DNA from: an uncultured Dehalococcoidia bacterium
GTDB lineage: Bacteria; Chloroflexota; Dehalococcoidia; Lucifugimonadales; UBA2985
DNA: 64,000 bases
Reading direction: 5' to 3'
Assembly: GCA_964578255.1 (NCBI GenBank)
Contig: CAZOCC010000006.1
Span: forward strand, 4,923-68,922
This document shows, piece after piece, positions 52,528 through 62,525 of the stretch. Position numbers and translations under genes: made by a program. The notes under the pieces are model-generated. The model was not told the DNA's origin. It searched no databases and worked only from the letters and a program-made list of their open reading frames with translations. Within the stretch, counting starts at the first letter, position 1. Each line of letters opens with the position of its first letter.

Positions 52528-53094
52528 ATGAGAATAGGCTGTATTTCAGATACCCATAACCCTGCTACTGGCAGGGTCCCCAGCCCAGAGGTGGCCCTCG
52601 CATTTGAAGGAGTTGACGCAATATTCCACGCTGGTGATATTTATATACCTTCAACATTGGATTGGCTAGAACAAATAGCACCAGTCACAGCGGTAGAACT
52701 TGGTTCCCTGGCACATTTTGATGGTGACTCAAGGGTAGCAGAGAGACGGGTATTTGAGTTAGAAGGTTATACCATTGCTATGGTCCACGACCTCATAATA
52801 CCAGGCATGGGAGGGGAAGTGGTTGAAGGTGCAATCGGACGATATTTTCCAGAGGGTAAAAGCCTGCCAGACGCCGTAGCCGCGGTATTCGGTGCAGATA
52901 TCAATATAATAGTGTTCGGACACACCCATTATTCAATAGTAGAAAAACATCAAGGGATTTTACTGGTTAACCCAGGCAGCTCCGCCTTACCCAGACAGGT
53001 TAGACGTATGGGCCAGGTCGCAATATTAGAACTGACGCCAGAAGGAGCTGATGCTCATATAGTGAATTTGTCTGACTATACCCACCTAATATAG
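52528..53094 (+). CDS. YfcE/MJ0936-family metallophosphoesterase (canonical motifs)
   Basis: MRIGCISDTHNP (DxH), IFHAGDI (GD) and VFGHTHY (GHxH). Confidence 0.8.
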   Translation: MRIGCISDTHNPATGRVPSPEVALAFEGVDAIFHAGDIYIPSTLDWLEQIAPVTAVELGSLAHFDGDSRVAERRVFELEGYTIAMVHDLIIPGMGGEVVEGAIGRYFPEGKSLPDAVAAVFGADINIIVFGHTHYSIVEKHQGILLVNPGSSALPRQVRRMGQVAILELTPEGADAHIVNLSDYTHLI

Positions 53095-53170
53095 ACACCA
53101 GAGGATCAACCAGTCGAGAGTGATAACCACTCAGATTGGGTAACAGATAATCATAGCAGGAGGTTTAGCA

Positions 53171-55849
53171 ATGACACTAGTATCTACAGCTAGAGACACA
53201 GCAAGGCCGAAAGCATTATCAGGTATTAGAGTACTGGATTTCACATGGGTACGGGCAGGCCCTTGGTGCACTCGATGGCTGGGCGCACTTGGCGCAGAGG
53301 TTATAAAGGTGGAGTGGCCCATAAATCCCAGCACTCGCGGTATAGGACGACTCATACCTGATCCAGTCCCCGGATTCGATGCCACACTTAATAACAATGG
53401 ACATTTCAGTGACACGAATGCGAATAAATTAAGTATCACACTCAATACAAGGACACCCAGAGGCAGTGACCTTGTAAAACAACTGGTCTCGGTATCAGAC
53501 ATAGTCATTGAAAATTTCGCTTCTGGTGTTCTAGATCGTTGGGGACTCGGCTATGAAGACATGAAGAAAATGAGACCGGATATCATATACCTGTCAATGT
53601 CAGGATTCGGGCACACTGGTAGAGACAAAGATTACCAAACAATGGGTCCGATCGCCCAAGCACTTTCAGGACTAACCCACACATCTGGGCTACCTAACCA
53701 TCCTCCTGCAGGGTGGGGCTGGTCATACATGGATGACACGGGTGGCATGTACGGAGCCATGTACGCTATAAGCGCTCTGTATCATCGGAACGTCACCGGA
53801 CAAGGGCAACATGTGGACAGTTCTCAGTGGATTAAGGGAGTAGCACTTAACGGGGCATCATTCCTCGATATTCAGGCTAACGGACGGTCCCTAGTACGAG
53901 AAGGATACCCCGCAGGGAATCGTGCCCACTGGCCCGGAACGCCCATTGTGAATAATTACCGCGGCCCAACGGTTGCACCCCACAACGCATACCGTACTAA
54001 CCCCATGGGCTATAACGACTGGTGTGCCATCGTGTGTTTCACAGACTCTCAATGGTCAAGTTTTACAGAAGTGATGGGCAACCCGGACTGGGCTAAAGAT
54101 GAAAAGTTCTCCACAGTGATAGGACGCCTCGAGAACCAGGAGGAACTGGATAACCATATAGAGGCTTGGACTAAAACTCTGGGTAAATATGAGATTATGG
54201 AACGGTGCCAAAATGCTGGCATACCTTGTATGCCAGTTCAAAGTCCCCAAGACAGATTCGAAAACGACCCCCAGCTGCAACACAGGGAGATGTTCAGGGA
54301 TATGGAGCACTCCACGCTAGGAGTTTGGCCATTGCAAAACGCCCCGTTCAGAATGTCCGAGACCCCAGCATTCAACACAATGGCTGCGTCGCTCATAGGG
54401 GAGCACAACAAACTAGTTTATGAAGGCCTATTGGGTATAAGCCATCAAGACCTCATAGACGGGTTTGGAGACGGTACATTCTGGCCTAAAGACCATGATA
54501 TGAGTCCATATCCATACTTTGCAGAAATGATGGAGGATGAATCTCCTGTTGAATGGAACGGTAATGATCTAGGACCTAGTAAACCCCCGAAACCAGTCAA
54601 ATCCCAAAATCAAGGTTCGGGCGGGCCATTCTCCGGCCTAAGAATACTGGAGCTTGGCGACGAAAAAGGGCAATGGCTAGGTAAGTTAATGGGCGATATG
54701 GGGGCTGACGTTATCAAGATAGAACCTCCAGGAGGGGCAAACGCACGGACAGTTGGGCCGTTTTATGACGACTTACCTAACAGGGAGCGCAGTCTGTATT
54801 TCTGGCATTACAACACTTCCAAGCGCGGTGTAACATTGAACCTTGATACTGAGGATGGTCGAGAAATATTCAGAAAACTAGCGTCAACAGCCGATGTGGT
54901 AATCGAAACATTCAAGCCCGGCTACCTAGAGTCTATAGGACTAGACTACCACAACTTGAAACAACAAAATCCCTCTTTAATAATGACTTCAATTACCCCA
55001 TTTGGACAGACAGGTCCTTGGAGGGACTTTGCCAGTAGCGAATTAACGCACCTAGCAGCTGGTGGACAAATGGCATGTTGCGGATATAGCGAAGAGGACT
55101 TCCCAGACGCCCCACCTATCGCCGGTGGCGGTGGCCAAGCGTGGCACATGGGTTGTCACTTCGGCTACATTGCCACTGCTTCAGCACTGCTGTACCGTAC
55201 CATGACTGGCACAGGTCAATACATTGACGTATCCATTCACGAAGCATGCGCTTTGACAACCGAAGCTCACGTCAATACTTACATATACAACGGTCAGATT
55301 GTGAAACGTAGAACTGGCCGACATGCCTCAGTAGAGCCAAATCAAGCTTCACAACATATGTGCGCTGATGGCAAATACCTGAATGTAGCAGCTCAAATCC
55401 TAACCAAACTTACGGATGAACGACTGCATGTCCTTGGAGAATGGATGAAGGAGCTCGGTTTGGCAGCCGACCTTATAGATGAAAAATACAAGAATCCAGA
55501 TGTAATAACCGATAACGAGTTGTTCCTGTATTTCATCGCTAACATGAGTCGAGACGATATATATCATGGCGGACAAAGAAGAGGCTTTAACATGGGTGCA
55601 ATCAGATCTCCTGACGAGCTATTGGAGGATCCACACCTACAGGATCGTGGGTTTTGGGAAAAGGTAGAATATCCTGAAGTTGGTAAAGCTTTCCTACACC
55701 CAGGACCAGGAGGCATCTTCAACGGATCACCTTGGCGCATATCAAGGCGGGCACCATTAGTCGGGGAACACAATCAGGAAATTTTCTGTGAGGAAATGGG
55801 AATGTCGCCAACCGAATTAGCAGTTATGGCGGAAGGCAATATAGTTTGA
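53171..55849 (+). CDS. tandem-fused family III (CaiB/BaiF/Frc-like) CoA-transferase, two modules in one 892-aa chain
   Basis: Module 1 starts LSGIRVLDFTWVRAGPWCTRWLGALGAEVIKVEWP. Module 2 starts FSGLRILELGDEKGQWLGKLMGDMGADVIKIEPPGG. A Pro/Lys/Gly-rich linker (PSKPPKPVKSQNQGSGGP) joins them. AGGAGG lies 7 nt upstream of the ATG. Confidence 0.85.
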   Translation: MTLVSTARDTARPKALSGIRVLDFTWVRAGPWCTRWLGALGAEVIKVEWPINPSTRGIGRLIPDPVPGFDATLNNNGHFSDTNANKLSITLNTRTPRGSDLVKQLVSVSDIVIENFASGVLDRWGLGYEDMKKMRPDIIYLSMSGFGHTGRDKDYQTMGPIAQALSGLTHTSGLPNHPPAGWGWSYMDDTGGMYGAMYAISALYHRNVTGQGQHVDSSQWIKGVALNGASFLDIQANGRSLVREGYPAGNRAHWPGTPIVNNYRGPTVAPHNAYRTNPMGYNDWCAIVCFTDSQWSSFTEVMGNPDWAKDEKFSTVIGRLENQEELDNHIEAWTKTLGKYEIMERCQNAGIPCMPVQSPQDRFENDPQLQHREMFRDMEHSTLGVWPLQNAPFRMSETPAFNTMAASLIGEHNKLVYEGLLGISHQDLIDGFGDGTFWPKDHDMSPYPYFAEMMEDESPVEWNGNDLGPSKPPKPVKSQNQGSGGPFSGLRILELGDEKGQWLGKLMGDMGADVIKIEPPGGANARTVGPFYDDLPNRERSLYFWHYNTSKRGVTLNLDTEDGREIFRKLASTADVVIETFKPGYLESIGLDYHNLKQQNPSLIMTSITPFGQTGPWRDFASSELTHLAAGGQMACCGYSEEDFPDAPPIAGGGGQAWHMGCHFGYIATASALLYRTMTGTGQYIDVSIHEACALTTEAHVNTYIYNGQIVKRRTGRHASVEPNQASQHMCADGKYLNVAAQILTKLTDERLHVLGEWMKELGLAADLIDEKYKNPDVITDNELFLYFIANMSRDDIYHGGQRRGFNMGAIRSPDELLEDPHLQDRGFWEKVEYPEVGKAFLHPGPGGIFNGSPWRISRRAPLVGEHNQEIFCEEMGMSPTELAVMAEGNIV

Positions 55850-55872
55850 TCAAAATAATCTTTGGGTCTGCT

Positions 55873-57813
55873 TCACTGCAGGCCCAAAGATTCACAATCC
55901 CACAGAACACTATCGCCAACTAGCGCATTCAACAATACCGGATTGTCGCTCAAAAAGAACTCCGTAATAGCCGCATTAGTGCAGTTCTTATAAAGTAGAT
56001 TCCGGTATTCAGTCGGTAGCGTGTTGAATGTCCTCCTATTAACCAAAAAAAACCTGGCCTTACCGTTGGCAACAATCTCAGTCATTCCCTCTACATCATA
56101 CACCGGCTTCCTTATCCATTGATTCCAAAATGGTAAGACTGGTTGCTGGAATTTCGATATCAATTCAGCTGCTCTTTGGAAGCCATCGACCGCAAGAACG
56201 TATTCAGTATCCACATTTTCCAATGCATACTCCATAGCATATTGCCCAGGGACCCAAGGCCCCTGAGGTCGCATCCCATCTACTCGAGCATATTCCAATG
56301 GATTTGGCATAGTTACCACACTATCTCCGCGCGGTGCCGCGTGTGTTATCCAAATTGAAGGTATAACGATCATCAACATCAATCCCGACATAGTAATAGC
56401 ACTGGCAATTTTATGAGTTTTGATTGGTAAGCTCCAATACGACACAGCCATCAAGATTAAGGTTCCCAAAAATGTAATACCGCAGGCAATAAATACGTAT
56501 CGGCTAAATGGAGGGAATTGTGTTGAGCTGATTATACAAAATACAATCACCAGTATTAGGGGCAATTTTCTGAGCATTGACTGGGCCATTGTTCCCCACC
56601 ACTCTATAGAATCACTAGTGCTCTCCAAGAGACCCCTATATCTTTGCCCACTGTAAGATATAAATTGATCCACAGGTTGGTATTTCATCAAGCCCCATAA
56701 GCCATATGACGCCAGTACGGCGACCGCAGGAGAAAACGATTCGAAATAATGTACTGGACTCCTGTTACCAAATACGAATATCACCAGACCCGTTATACAC
56801 CAAACAAACCAAATTATTGGAGGCCCTCTGAGGGCATTTCTATTAAGAAACCAAAGTGAGCAAATGCCCACAATCGCCAGTATAGTCATAGTGCCCAGTA
56901 AGAGTCCGTTTGGAGAGCCCAATATTCTGCCTAGGCCCATATTGTTTACTCCCCACAAATGGGCAACTGCATTAGCGCCAGAACTTTGAAACACGATAAC
57001 TTCTTGAGGCAAAGTTCGATTAATGCCATTGTAGTTAAAGATTAACCCAATAATGCTCTCACTAGGATCATTGATGACTCTGGGGCGATCATCGGTCGGA
57101 ACTATGTGGATCACCCATGCCCAAGAAGCAGACACCAAAATCAACACCATAATAGCCGTAGACCATTTGATAAGTCTCCTGATAAAAGACTCGTCCCAGC
57201 AAATTACAAAATATGTGAAGGAAGCAGGCAGCACAATAAATGCCTGAAGGAACTTCACATTGAAAGCGATGCCCATTATTAGCGACCAAACAATTAACAA
57301 CTTAAAGCTACGTCGTGTTACTGCTAATTGAAGAACCAATATAGAAATTACTTGGACCAACATTAACATCGAGTCCATCGTGGAATCCCGTGCAATCGCT
57401 ATAGAACCCGGGAACACAGCCAACATCAAGGCAGCAGTAAGGCTGGTCTTATTATCAAATGAGTTCTTAGAAGCCAAATAGATTAGCGGTACCGCCAAAG
57501 TACTAGCAATCGCCATAGGCAGAATCATTGCCAATCCATTGAATCCAATGATTTTGGAGAAAAATACTTGAATCCATAATCCAACGGGTGGCTTATCAAC
57601 CATGAATGTCCCTAGTGGATCATAAGACGCGAAAATAAAATTAGAAAGCGACAATCCCATGGAATAAACCGTGCTGGCATAATAAAGATTACCCAGGCCA
57701 ATCCTATCCAAGTCATATAATCTCAAATATGCCGCCAATATAGTAATAAATGTGATTGGAAGTAGTTGAGCTCGGTGCATGGTTATAAAAGATCTGACAG
57801 CATTCATAACCAT
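55873..57813 (-). CDS. GT39/ArnT-like polytopic glycosyltransferase (PMT_2-type)
   Basis: 646 aa with more than 10 TM helices. N-terminal loop YDLDRIGLGNLYYAS and a C-terminal soluble domain. The family assignment rests on architecture and pattern only. Confidence 0.65.
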   Translation of the reverse strand: MVMNAVRSFITMHRAQLLPITFITILAAYLRLYDLDRIGLGNLYYASTVYSMGLSLSNFIFASYDPLGTFMVDKPPVGLWIQVFFSKIIGFNGLAMILPMAIASTLAVPLIYLASKNSFDNKTSLTAALMLAVFPGSIAIARDSTMDSMLMLVQVISILVLQLAVTRRSFKLLIVWSLIMGIAFNVKFLQAFIVLPASFTYFVICWDESFIRRLIKWSTAIMVLILVSASWAWVIHIVPTDDRPRVINDPSESIIGLIFNYNGINRTLPQEVIVFQSSGANAVAHLWGVNNMGLGRILGSPNGLLLGTMTILAIVGICSLWFLNRNALRGPPIIWFVWCITGLVIFVFGNRSPVHYFESFSPAVAVLASYGLWGLMKYQPVDQFISYSGQRYRGLLESTSDSIEWWGTMAQSMLRKLPLILVIVFCIISSTQFPPFSRYVFIACGITFLGTLILMAVSYWSLPIKTHKIASAITMSGLMLMIVIPSIWITHAAPRGDSVVTMPNPLEYARVDGMRPQGPWVPGQYAMEYALENVDTEYVLAVDGFQRAAELISKFQQPVLPFWNQWIRKPVYDVEGMTEIVANGKARFFLVNRRTFNTLPTEYRNLLYKNCTNAAITEFFLSDNPVLLNALVGDSVLWDCESLGLQ

Positions 57814-57898
57814 ATTATCCTCCTATTCTATGAACCATTCTGGGGGAGATTCTCAGAGAACCCCTGTACTCGTCTGAGATGCGTCATGAGTAAATACA

Positions 57899-58810
57899 TT
57901 ATCCTTGGTCTCGCCATGATCTGACATTCTTATTGAACAGATTCCGTAGCATAACCTTGAAATCCTCATGGGCCTTTTCCCTTCTCTTAAGTCTCCTTAG
58001 GGATTGAAAGTAGGCACTCATATTTTCTGGGCTTTTCCAAACTTCATAACGCAGTAGATCTTCCCCTGCTACCACCATATGACTATCCCAAGTTTCATTA
58101 CCAGTAACCATTAAAGATGATGCATGGTGTAGGTATTTCTGATATGACGCTTTTAGCCGCTCAGGGTCATTTTTGTCTTTGTGTTTTGCAAACTCAAACT
58201 CAGGATACTTGGTCATGCACCACACAAGGCAAAGGAGGAATAGGTATCTGTTTAGTGATGGGAATTTAGCCATTGTGTATACTGGCTCCCTAACTCTTCC
58301 ATCTGGTCCATGCTCCGTTGTCTGAATCTCTGCCCAAGTTCTGTGCAGATACAGATTGTCGTATTCCAACATCAACTCAAGGGCATCATAGTTGTCCATG
58401 CCACAGTTCCCCACAAGGTGTTTGATAGTAAAATATTCTGGAGGACACAACTCTTCAGCATCCACTACCAAGCTGTATCGGAATTCTCTATCTGGATCGT
58501 ACCTCGATTCTACAATGTCTTGGGCTCTGCCTGGGTTTGTTTCTCTGAAGTCTGCTGACTCTTGATCCGAGGCATTTAGAACATCTTGGATAGAATGCTC
58601 GTAATCTGCTAACACAAAAACTAACTCGCCTCGTTGCCACAGATCGTAGAGTCTCTGTATGGTGTGATCTCCTACTTCCAATCTGTTCGGACCTCGAGAA
58701 ATACTGTATCTAGTATCACCTGCGATAAATCGAGCCACCACCTTAGCGACTGTTTCCTCTTTAGTCCTTATATCAAGTGCCAGTAGTTTTTGTTTTATGA
58801 AAGTTGGCAT
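57899..58810 (-). CDS. hypothetical cytoplasmic protein, no family recognised
   Basis: 303-aa uninterrupted ORF with no TM segments and no motif I can place. It is charged and aromatic-rich with a basic C-terminus. Confidence 0.55.
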   Translation of the reverse strand: MPTFIKQKLLALDIRTKEETVAKVVARFIAGDTRYSISRGPNRLEVGDHTIQRLYDLWQRGELVFVLADYEHSIQDVLNASDQESADFRETNPGRAQDIVESRYDPDREFRYSLVVDAEELCPPEYFTIKHLVGNCGMDNYDALELMLEYDNLYLHRTWAEIQTTEHGPDGRVREPVYTMAKFPSLNRYLFLLCLVWCMTKYPEFEFAKHKDKNDPERLKASYQKYLHHASSLMVTGNETWDSHMVVAGEDLLRYEVWKSPENMSAYFQSLRRLKRREKAHEDFKVMLRNLFNKNVRSWRDQG

Positions 58811-59092
58811 AGTTTTGGCACCGCGTGCACGCGTTCTAGCACGTATTTCTGCATTACACGTAGCATCATAGCACTATGTTATATGTATGCACAATAGAAT
58901 GCTCTCTTAAGCGACTTAGAGTACTCTGTTTAACTTAGTGATGATTCCATAATAGTTAACATCGTAAACCACCCTATCAGTATGTTGCTTACAATCATGC
59001 CATCTGTTACATTCGAGGTTCAGCCATTTGGCAAAGGTGAACGTGGAGATTTTCTTGGTAAGCAAAAACATAGGTATAGTTTGGAACAATAA

Positions 59093-60406
59093 ATGGCCGA
59101 ACCTCGTTTAAAGGCCTCACACACAAAGCATCGAACAAATCGTATATTTTTCGGGTGGTGGATAGTAGCAGGCGGATTCTCATTACAGCTACTTATAGGA
59201 TCTCTTATGATCCACAGTTTCACCGCCTATTTCCCGTTGCTCCAGTCACAATTCGGTTGGAGCAGGGGTATGCTATCTGGTGCTTTCGCATTATCTCGGG
59301 CTGAAAGTGGTTTATTGGGGCCCCTGCAAGGCTGGCTCATTGATAAAATAGGTCCACGTATGATGGCTCGAATAGGAATACTGCTCTTCGGGCTAGGATT
59401 CATATATTTCAGCCAAATCAATTCCATACTTGACTACTACCTTGCATTCCTGTTGATGGCCATGGGGTCCAGCATAGCAGGAATGCTAACCATCGCGACT
59501 ACAGTGGTGAACTGGTTCGTAAGAAGACGCAGTGTGGCAATGGGTATAGCCATGAGCGGATTCGGTATAGGTGGCTTATTAGTGCCGGCCGTTGCTTTGG
59601 CCTTAACGTCCTATGGCTGGCGCCCGACTTCATTTGTTTCTGGGGTAATAATTATATTGATCGGTATGCCCATCGCTCAACTTATGCGCCATAAACCCGA
59701 ACCCTACGGCCAATTCCCAGATGGGGACCTTCCTCAAGAATACTCGCAAAATGAAGAAGATTCGCGAAACTCTAATCTTAACGATACGGACAAAGGACAA
59801 GCTGATTTCGATGGATTCACTGCTAAGGAAGCCATGAAAACTCAAGCTTTTTGGTTTATAAGTATCGGGCATTCAGCAGCGTTAATAACTATAGGTGCGG
59901 TTTCACTGCATTTGGTACCGCACATTATAGACGCTGTCGGTATATCTATAACAAAAGCTTCTACTGCAGTGGTAGTGATGACTATTTTCAACATAGTTGC
60001 CCAACTCATAGGAGGATTACTAGGAGACATGTACAGCAAAAAGCATCTGGCTGGAGGAGCCATGATAGTACATGGAATAGCCCTATTCATATTGGCTAAC
60101 GCAACTTCAATGATACCAGTATATGTTTTCGCAGCATTACATGGCACAGCCTGGGGTATAAGAGGGCCCATGATGGCCACTATACGTGCGGATTATTTCG
60201 GACGCTCATCCTATGCTACAATCATGGGGTTCTCTTCACTTGTAGTAATGTTAGGTATGACTTTCGGGCCGCTTTTCGCTGGGTTTATGTCCGATATTTT
60301 TGGTGGCTATAAGACTGGTTTCATTATAATAGCCATCATTACTGGAGCCAGTTCGTGTTTCTTCTTTTTTACCAAGAAACCCGCGCTCCCCATTCGATTA
60401 TCTTAG
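59093..60406 (+). CDS. MFS transporter (monocarboxylate / oxalate-formate antiporter-like pattern)
   Basis: 12 TM helices and a central acidic loop (QEYSQNEEDSRNSNLNDTDKGQADFDG). The N-terminus IFFGWWIVAGG resembles the MFS at 33229. Confidence 0.8.
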   Translation: MAEPRLKASHTKHRTNRIFFGWWIVAGGFSLQLLIGSLMIHSFTAYFPLLQSQFGWSRGMLSGAFALSRAESGLLGPLQGWLIDKIGPRMMARIGILLFGLGFIYFSQINSILDYYLAFLLMAMGSSIAGMLTIATTVVNWFVRRRSVAMGIAMSGFGIGGLLVPAVALALTSYGWRPTSFVSGVIIILIGMPIAQLMRHKPEPYGQFPDGDLPQEYSQNEEDSRNSNLNDTDKGQADFDGFTAKEAMKTQAFWFISIGHSAALITIGAVSLHLVPHIIDAVGISITKASTAVVVMTIFNIVAQLIGGLLGDMYSKKHLAGGAMIVHGIALFILANATSMIPVYVFAALHGTAWGIRGPMMATIRADYFGRSSYATIMGFSSLVVMLGMTFGPLFAGFMSDIFGGYKTGFIIIAIITGASSCFFFFTKKPALPIRLS

Positions 60407-60449
60407 ACAGGTTGAAAATAACTTCGCAGCGCATGGAAAGCAATAAAAC

Positions 60450-61757
60450 ATGCAGCAATCACAAGAACCCGATAGAACCGATGATGAAGTTCCTCATGCG
60501 TCTGCCAAAATAGCAGACCATTCCCGTCTACGCCGCATTGTTGGACAGACCTTCACCTCATTAGCCAAACGGTCATTCAGAAATCTGTGGATCGGATTCC
60601 TATTGCAAATGGGAGGCATGCAGATGTTAATGCTATCTATTAGCTATTACATCTACGAGATAACCGGTTCGGCATCTAAGTTGGGTATGGTAGTGGCAAT
60701 TAGTGCAATACCTGCCCTTGCTCTTGCTCTTTTCGGCGGTGTTATTGCGGATAGACTAGAGAAAAAACGCATCATACAAACCGGTCAATTAATATCTTTA
60801 GGTGTAGCACTATTCATAGCAATCTCCATTTTGACAGGAACCATAACTTGGATACACTTCCTCGTGGCATCTTTTGTCCAAGGAGGTGTACTTCCTCTAA
60901 TGATGCCCGCCAGACAGGCCATCATTCCTCAACTGGTTCCACCGGATATACTAATGAATGCTATAGCTCTCAATGCCATGGTCATAAGTATAACAACCAT
61001 GACTGCACCAGCCGTAGCAGGTGGGTTAATCGCGATATTTGGCATAGAGTCAGTCTTTTTTGTAATCGCCGTACTTTATGCAGGATCCATATTCTTCACA
61101 GGCCTACTACCACATATCGATGTTCCTCCAAGACCCTCTGACTCCACCGTATTAAACGACATCAAGGCAGGCTTTCAATATGTCTTCTGGAATCGAGCTA
61201 TTCTGACTTTGATAGTCCTTTCGTTCGCTACTATACTCCTGGCAATGCCGATAAGATTTGTGCTTCCAATTTTCGCCAAAGATGTATTTTCTGTGGGACC
61301 AGAAGGATTGGGTTACATGATCAGTGCAATGGGGGTAGGTGCACTTTGTGGAACATTAGTAATTGCGTCGCTGCGTACATTAACCAACAGGGGAATGATT
61401 CTTGCAATTAGCGGTATGATTTCAGGAGGAGTTTTGTTGGCATTTGCCACTATGTCCTATCTATCACCACTGTTTGCGACAGCCATAGGTTTCATGGTGA
61501 TTATAGGGCTTTTGCAAGCTGCTCGCATGACCCTCAGTAATAGCTTGATGATGGAATACACGGATCAGCAGTATCGTGGACGCGTTATGAGCATAGTTAC
61601 CTTAAGTATGGGTATAATGCCGGCCGGTGTAATTCCCGTCACACTGATGGTTGATCTCGTCGGCGCACCACTTTCCATAGGTTTTATGGCATTGCTCTTA
61701 ATTGTGGCTGCCGGGGTGATCCTGGCAACAAGCCCCAGCATACGGCAACTCAAGTGA
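60450..61757 (+). CDS. MFS transporter (EntS/MFS_3-like pattern)
   Basis: 12 TM helices, with GGVIADRLEKKR in loop 2-3. Confidence 0.8.
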   Translation: MQQSQEPDRTDDEVPHASAKIADHSRLRRIVGQTFTSLAKRSFRNLWIGFLLQMGGMQMLMLSISYYIYEITGSASKLGMVVAISAIPALALALFGGVIADRLEKKRIIQTGQLISLGVALFIAISILTGTITWIHFLVASFVQGGVLPLMMPARQAIIPQLVPPDILMNAIALNAMVISITTMTAPAVAGGLIAIFGIESVFFVIAVLYAGSIFFTGLLPHIDVPPRPSDSTVLNDIKAGFQYVFWNRAILTLIVLSFATILLAMPIRFVLPIFAKDVFSVGPEGLGYMISAMGVGALCGTLVIASLRTLTNRGMILAISGMISGGVLLAFATMSYLSPLFATAIGFMVIIGLLQAARMTLSNSLMMEYTDQQYRGRVMSIVTLSMGIMPAGVIPVTLMVDLVGAPLSIGFMALLLIVAAGVILATSPSIRQLK

Positions 61758-61974
61758 ATAATTCTCATACCTCAAAATAGGAATTGCTATTGCGTCAATT
61801 CATCTGGGACGCCTATTAACAACCACAGGTCCAGCCACTCTTGTTAAGAGCAGCGCAAAGCTTTGTTTAAATCATTGAGTCCAAGCCCGTAAAGTTCCAG
61901 ATCGACATTCCTAAAATCAGCCTCATACGGCTGGGCAATAAAGGCAGAATAAAACAACACTTACAACAAAATAA

Positions 61975-62015
61975 GGCGCAAGGTCGGAACGGTTAGTCCG
62001 TTCTAACCCTGCGCC
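61975..62015. terminator. long hairpin, probable bidirectional terminator
   Basis: GGCGCA..GGAACGG-UUAGU-CCGUUC..UGCGCC, about 14 bp in total. A-rich on the left and T-containing on the right, so on the minus strand it is followed by UUAUUUUGUUG. Confidence 0.5.
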
Positions 62016-62206
62016 TATTTAACTCTATCAGTCTAAAATCAGTCTGCAACTGATCTCGGGGTTACTTACGACTACCTAGTACGCTCACCTAGCCAAGTCC
62101 TTTCAGGGACCTGTGCGTGGCCAGTATGTATGGCATGGTGAGGTACAAACCAACCGTTCATCCATGGCTGGGGACCGGGGATATGTTTATCCAAACTAAT
62201 ATTTAC

Positions 62207-62293
62207 TGGTGCCGAAGGGGAGATTTGAACTCCCACGTCCGCAAGGGACACTGCGCCCTGAACGCAGCGCGTCTGCCGTTCCGCCACTTCGGC
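62207..62293 (-). tRNA. tRNA-Leu (anticodon CAG), encoded CCA
   Basis: Reverse complement is GCCGAAG-TG-GCGGAA...CTGCG-UUCAGGG-CGCAG with a long variable arm, GGGAG-TTCAAAT-CTCCC-CTTCGGC-A-CCA. The acceptor stem is 7 bp. Confidence 0.9.
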
Positions 62294-62525
62294 TACTCTA
62301 TGACTCTATTAGAGACTATGATCAAGTGTAACATTCCTCAGTATGATGACCTGCTATACCGGAACTATCACCAGTTAGCAGAAAGATTCTGAATACACTG
62401 TCCGACTTACATTAGTAGAGTTAACACCGAAAATCAAGTTGGCACCCTATCGATTTAACCAATGCTCTTCACTTCAAATCACATGTCATAATCATTCGTT
62501 TCATGAATAAACAGATCAACGCATT

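Noticed and set aside
53171-60406. Oxalate catabolism locus (Frc-like CoA-transferase plus OxlT-like MFS)
   Set aside because: There is no oxalyl-CoA decarboxylase. The two genes are separated by an unrelated glycosyltransferase and an orphan gene on the other strand. The MFS subfamily assignment is only pattern-level.
62207-62293. Possible tRNA-Sec (the anticodon loop UUCAGGG contains UCA; long variable arm)
   Set aside because: With a 7-nt loop, positions 34-36 are CAG, not UCA. The acceptor stem is 7 bp, not 8. The GCCGAAGUGGCGGAA 5' end is typical tRNA-Leu. The other long-arm tRNA (1564-1655) has a GCU anticodon (Ser). No selC is visible in this window.
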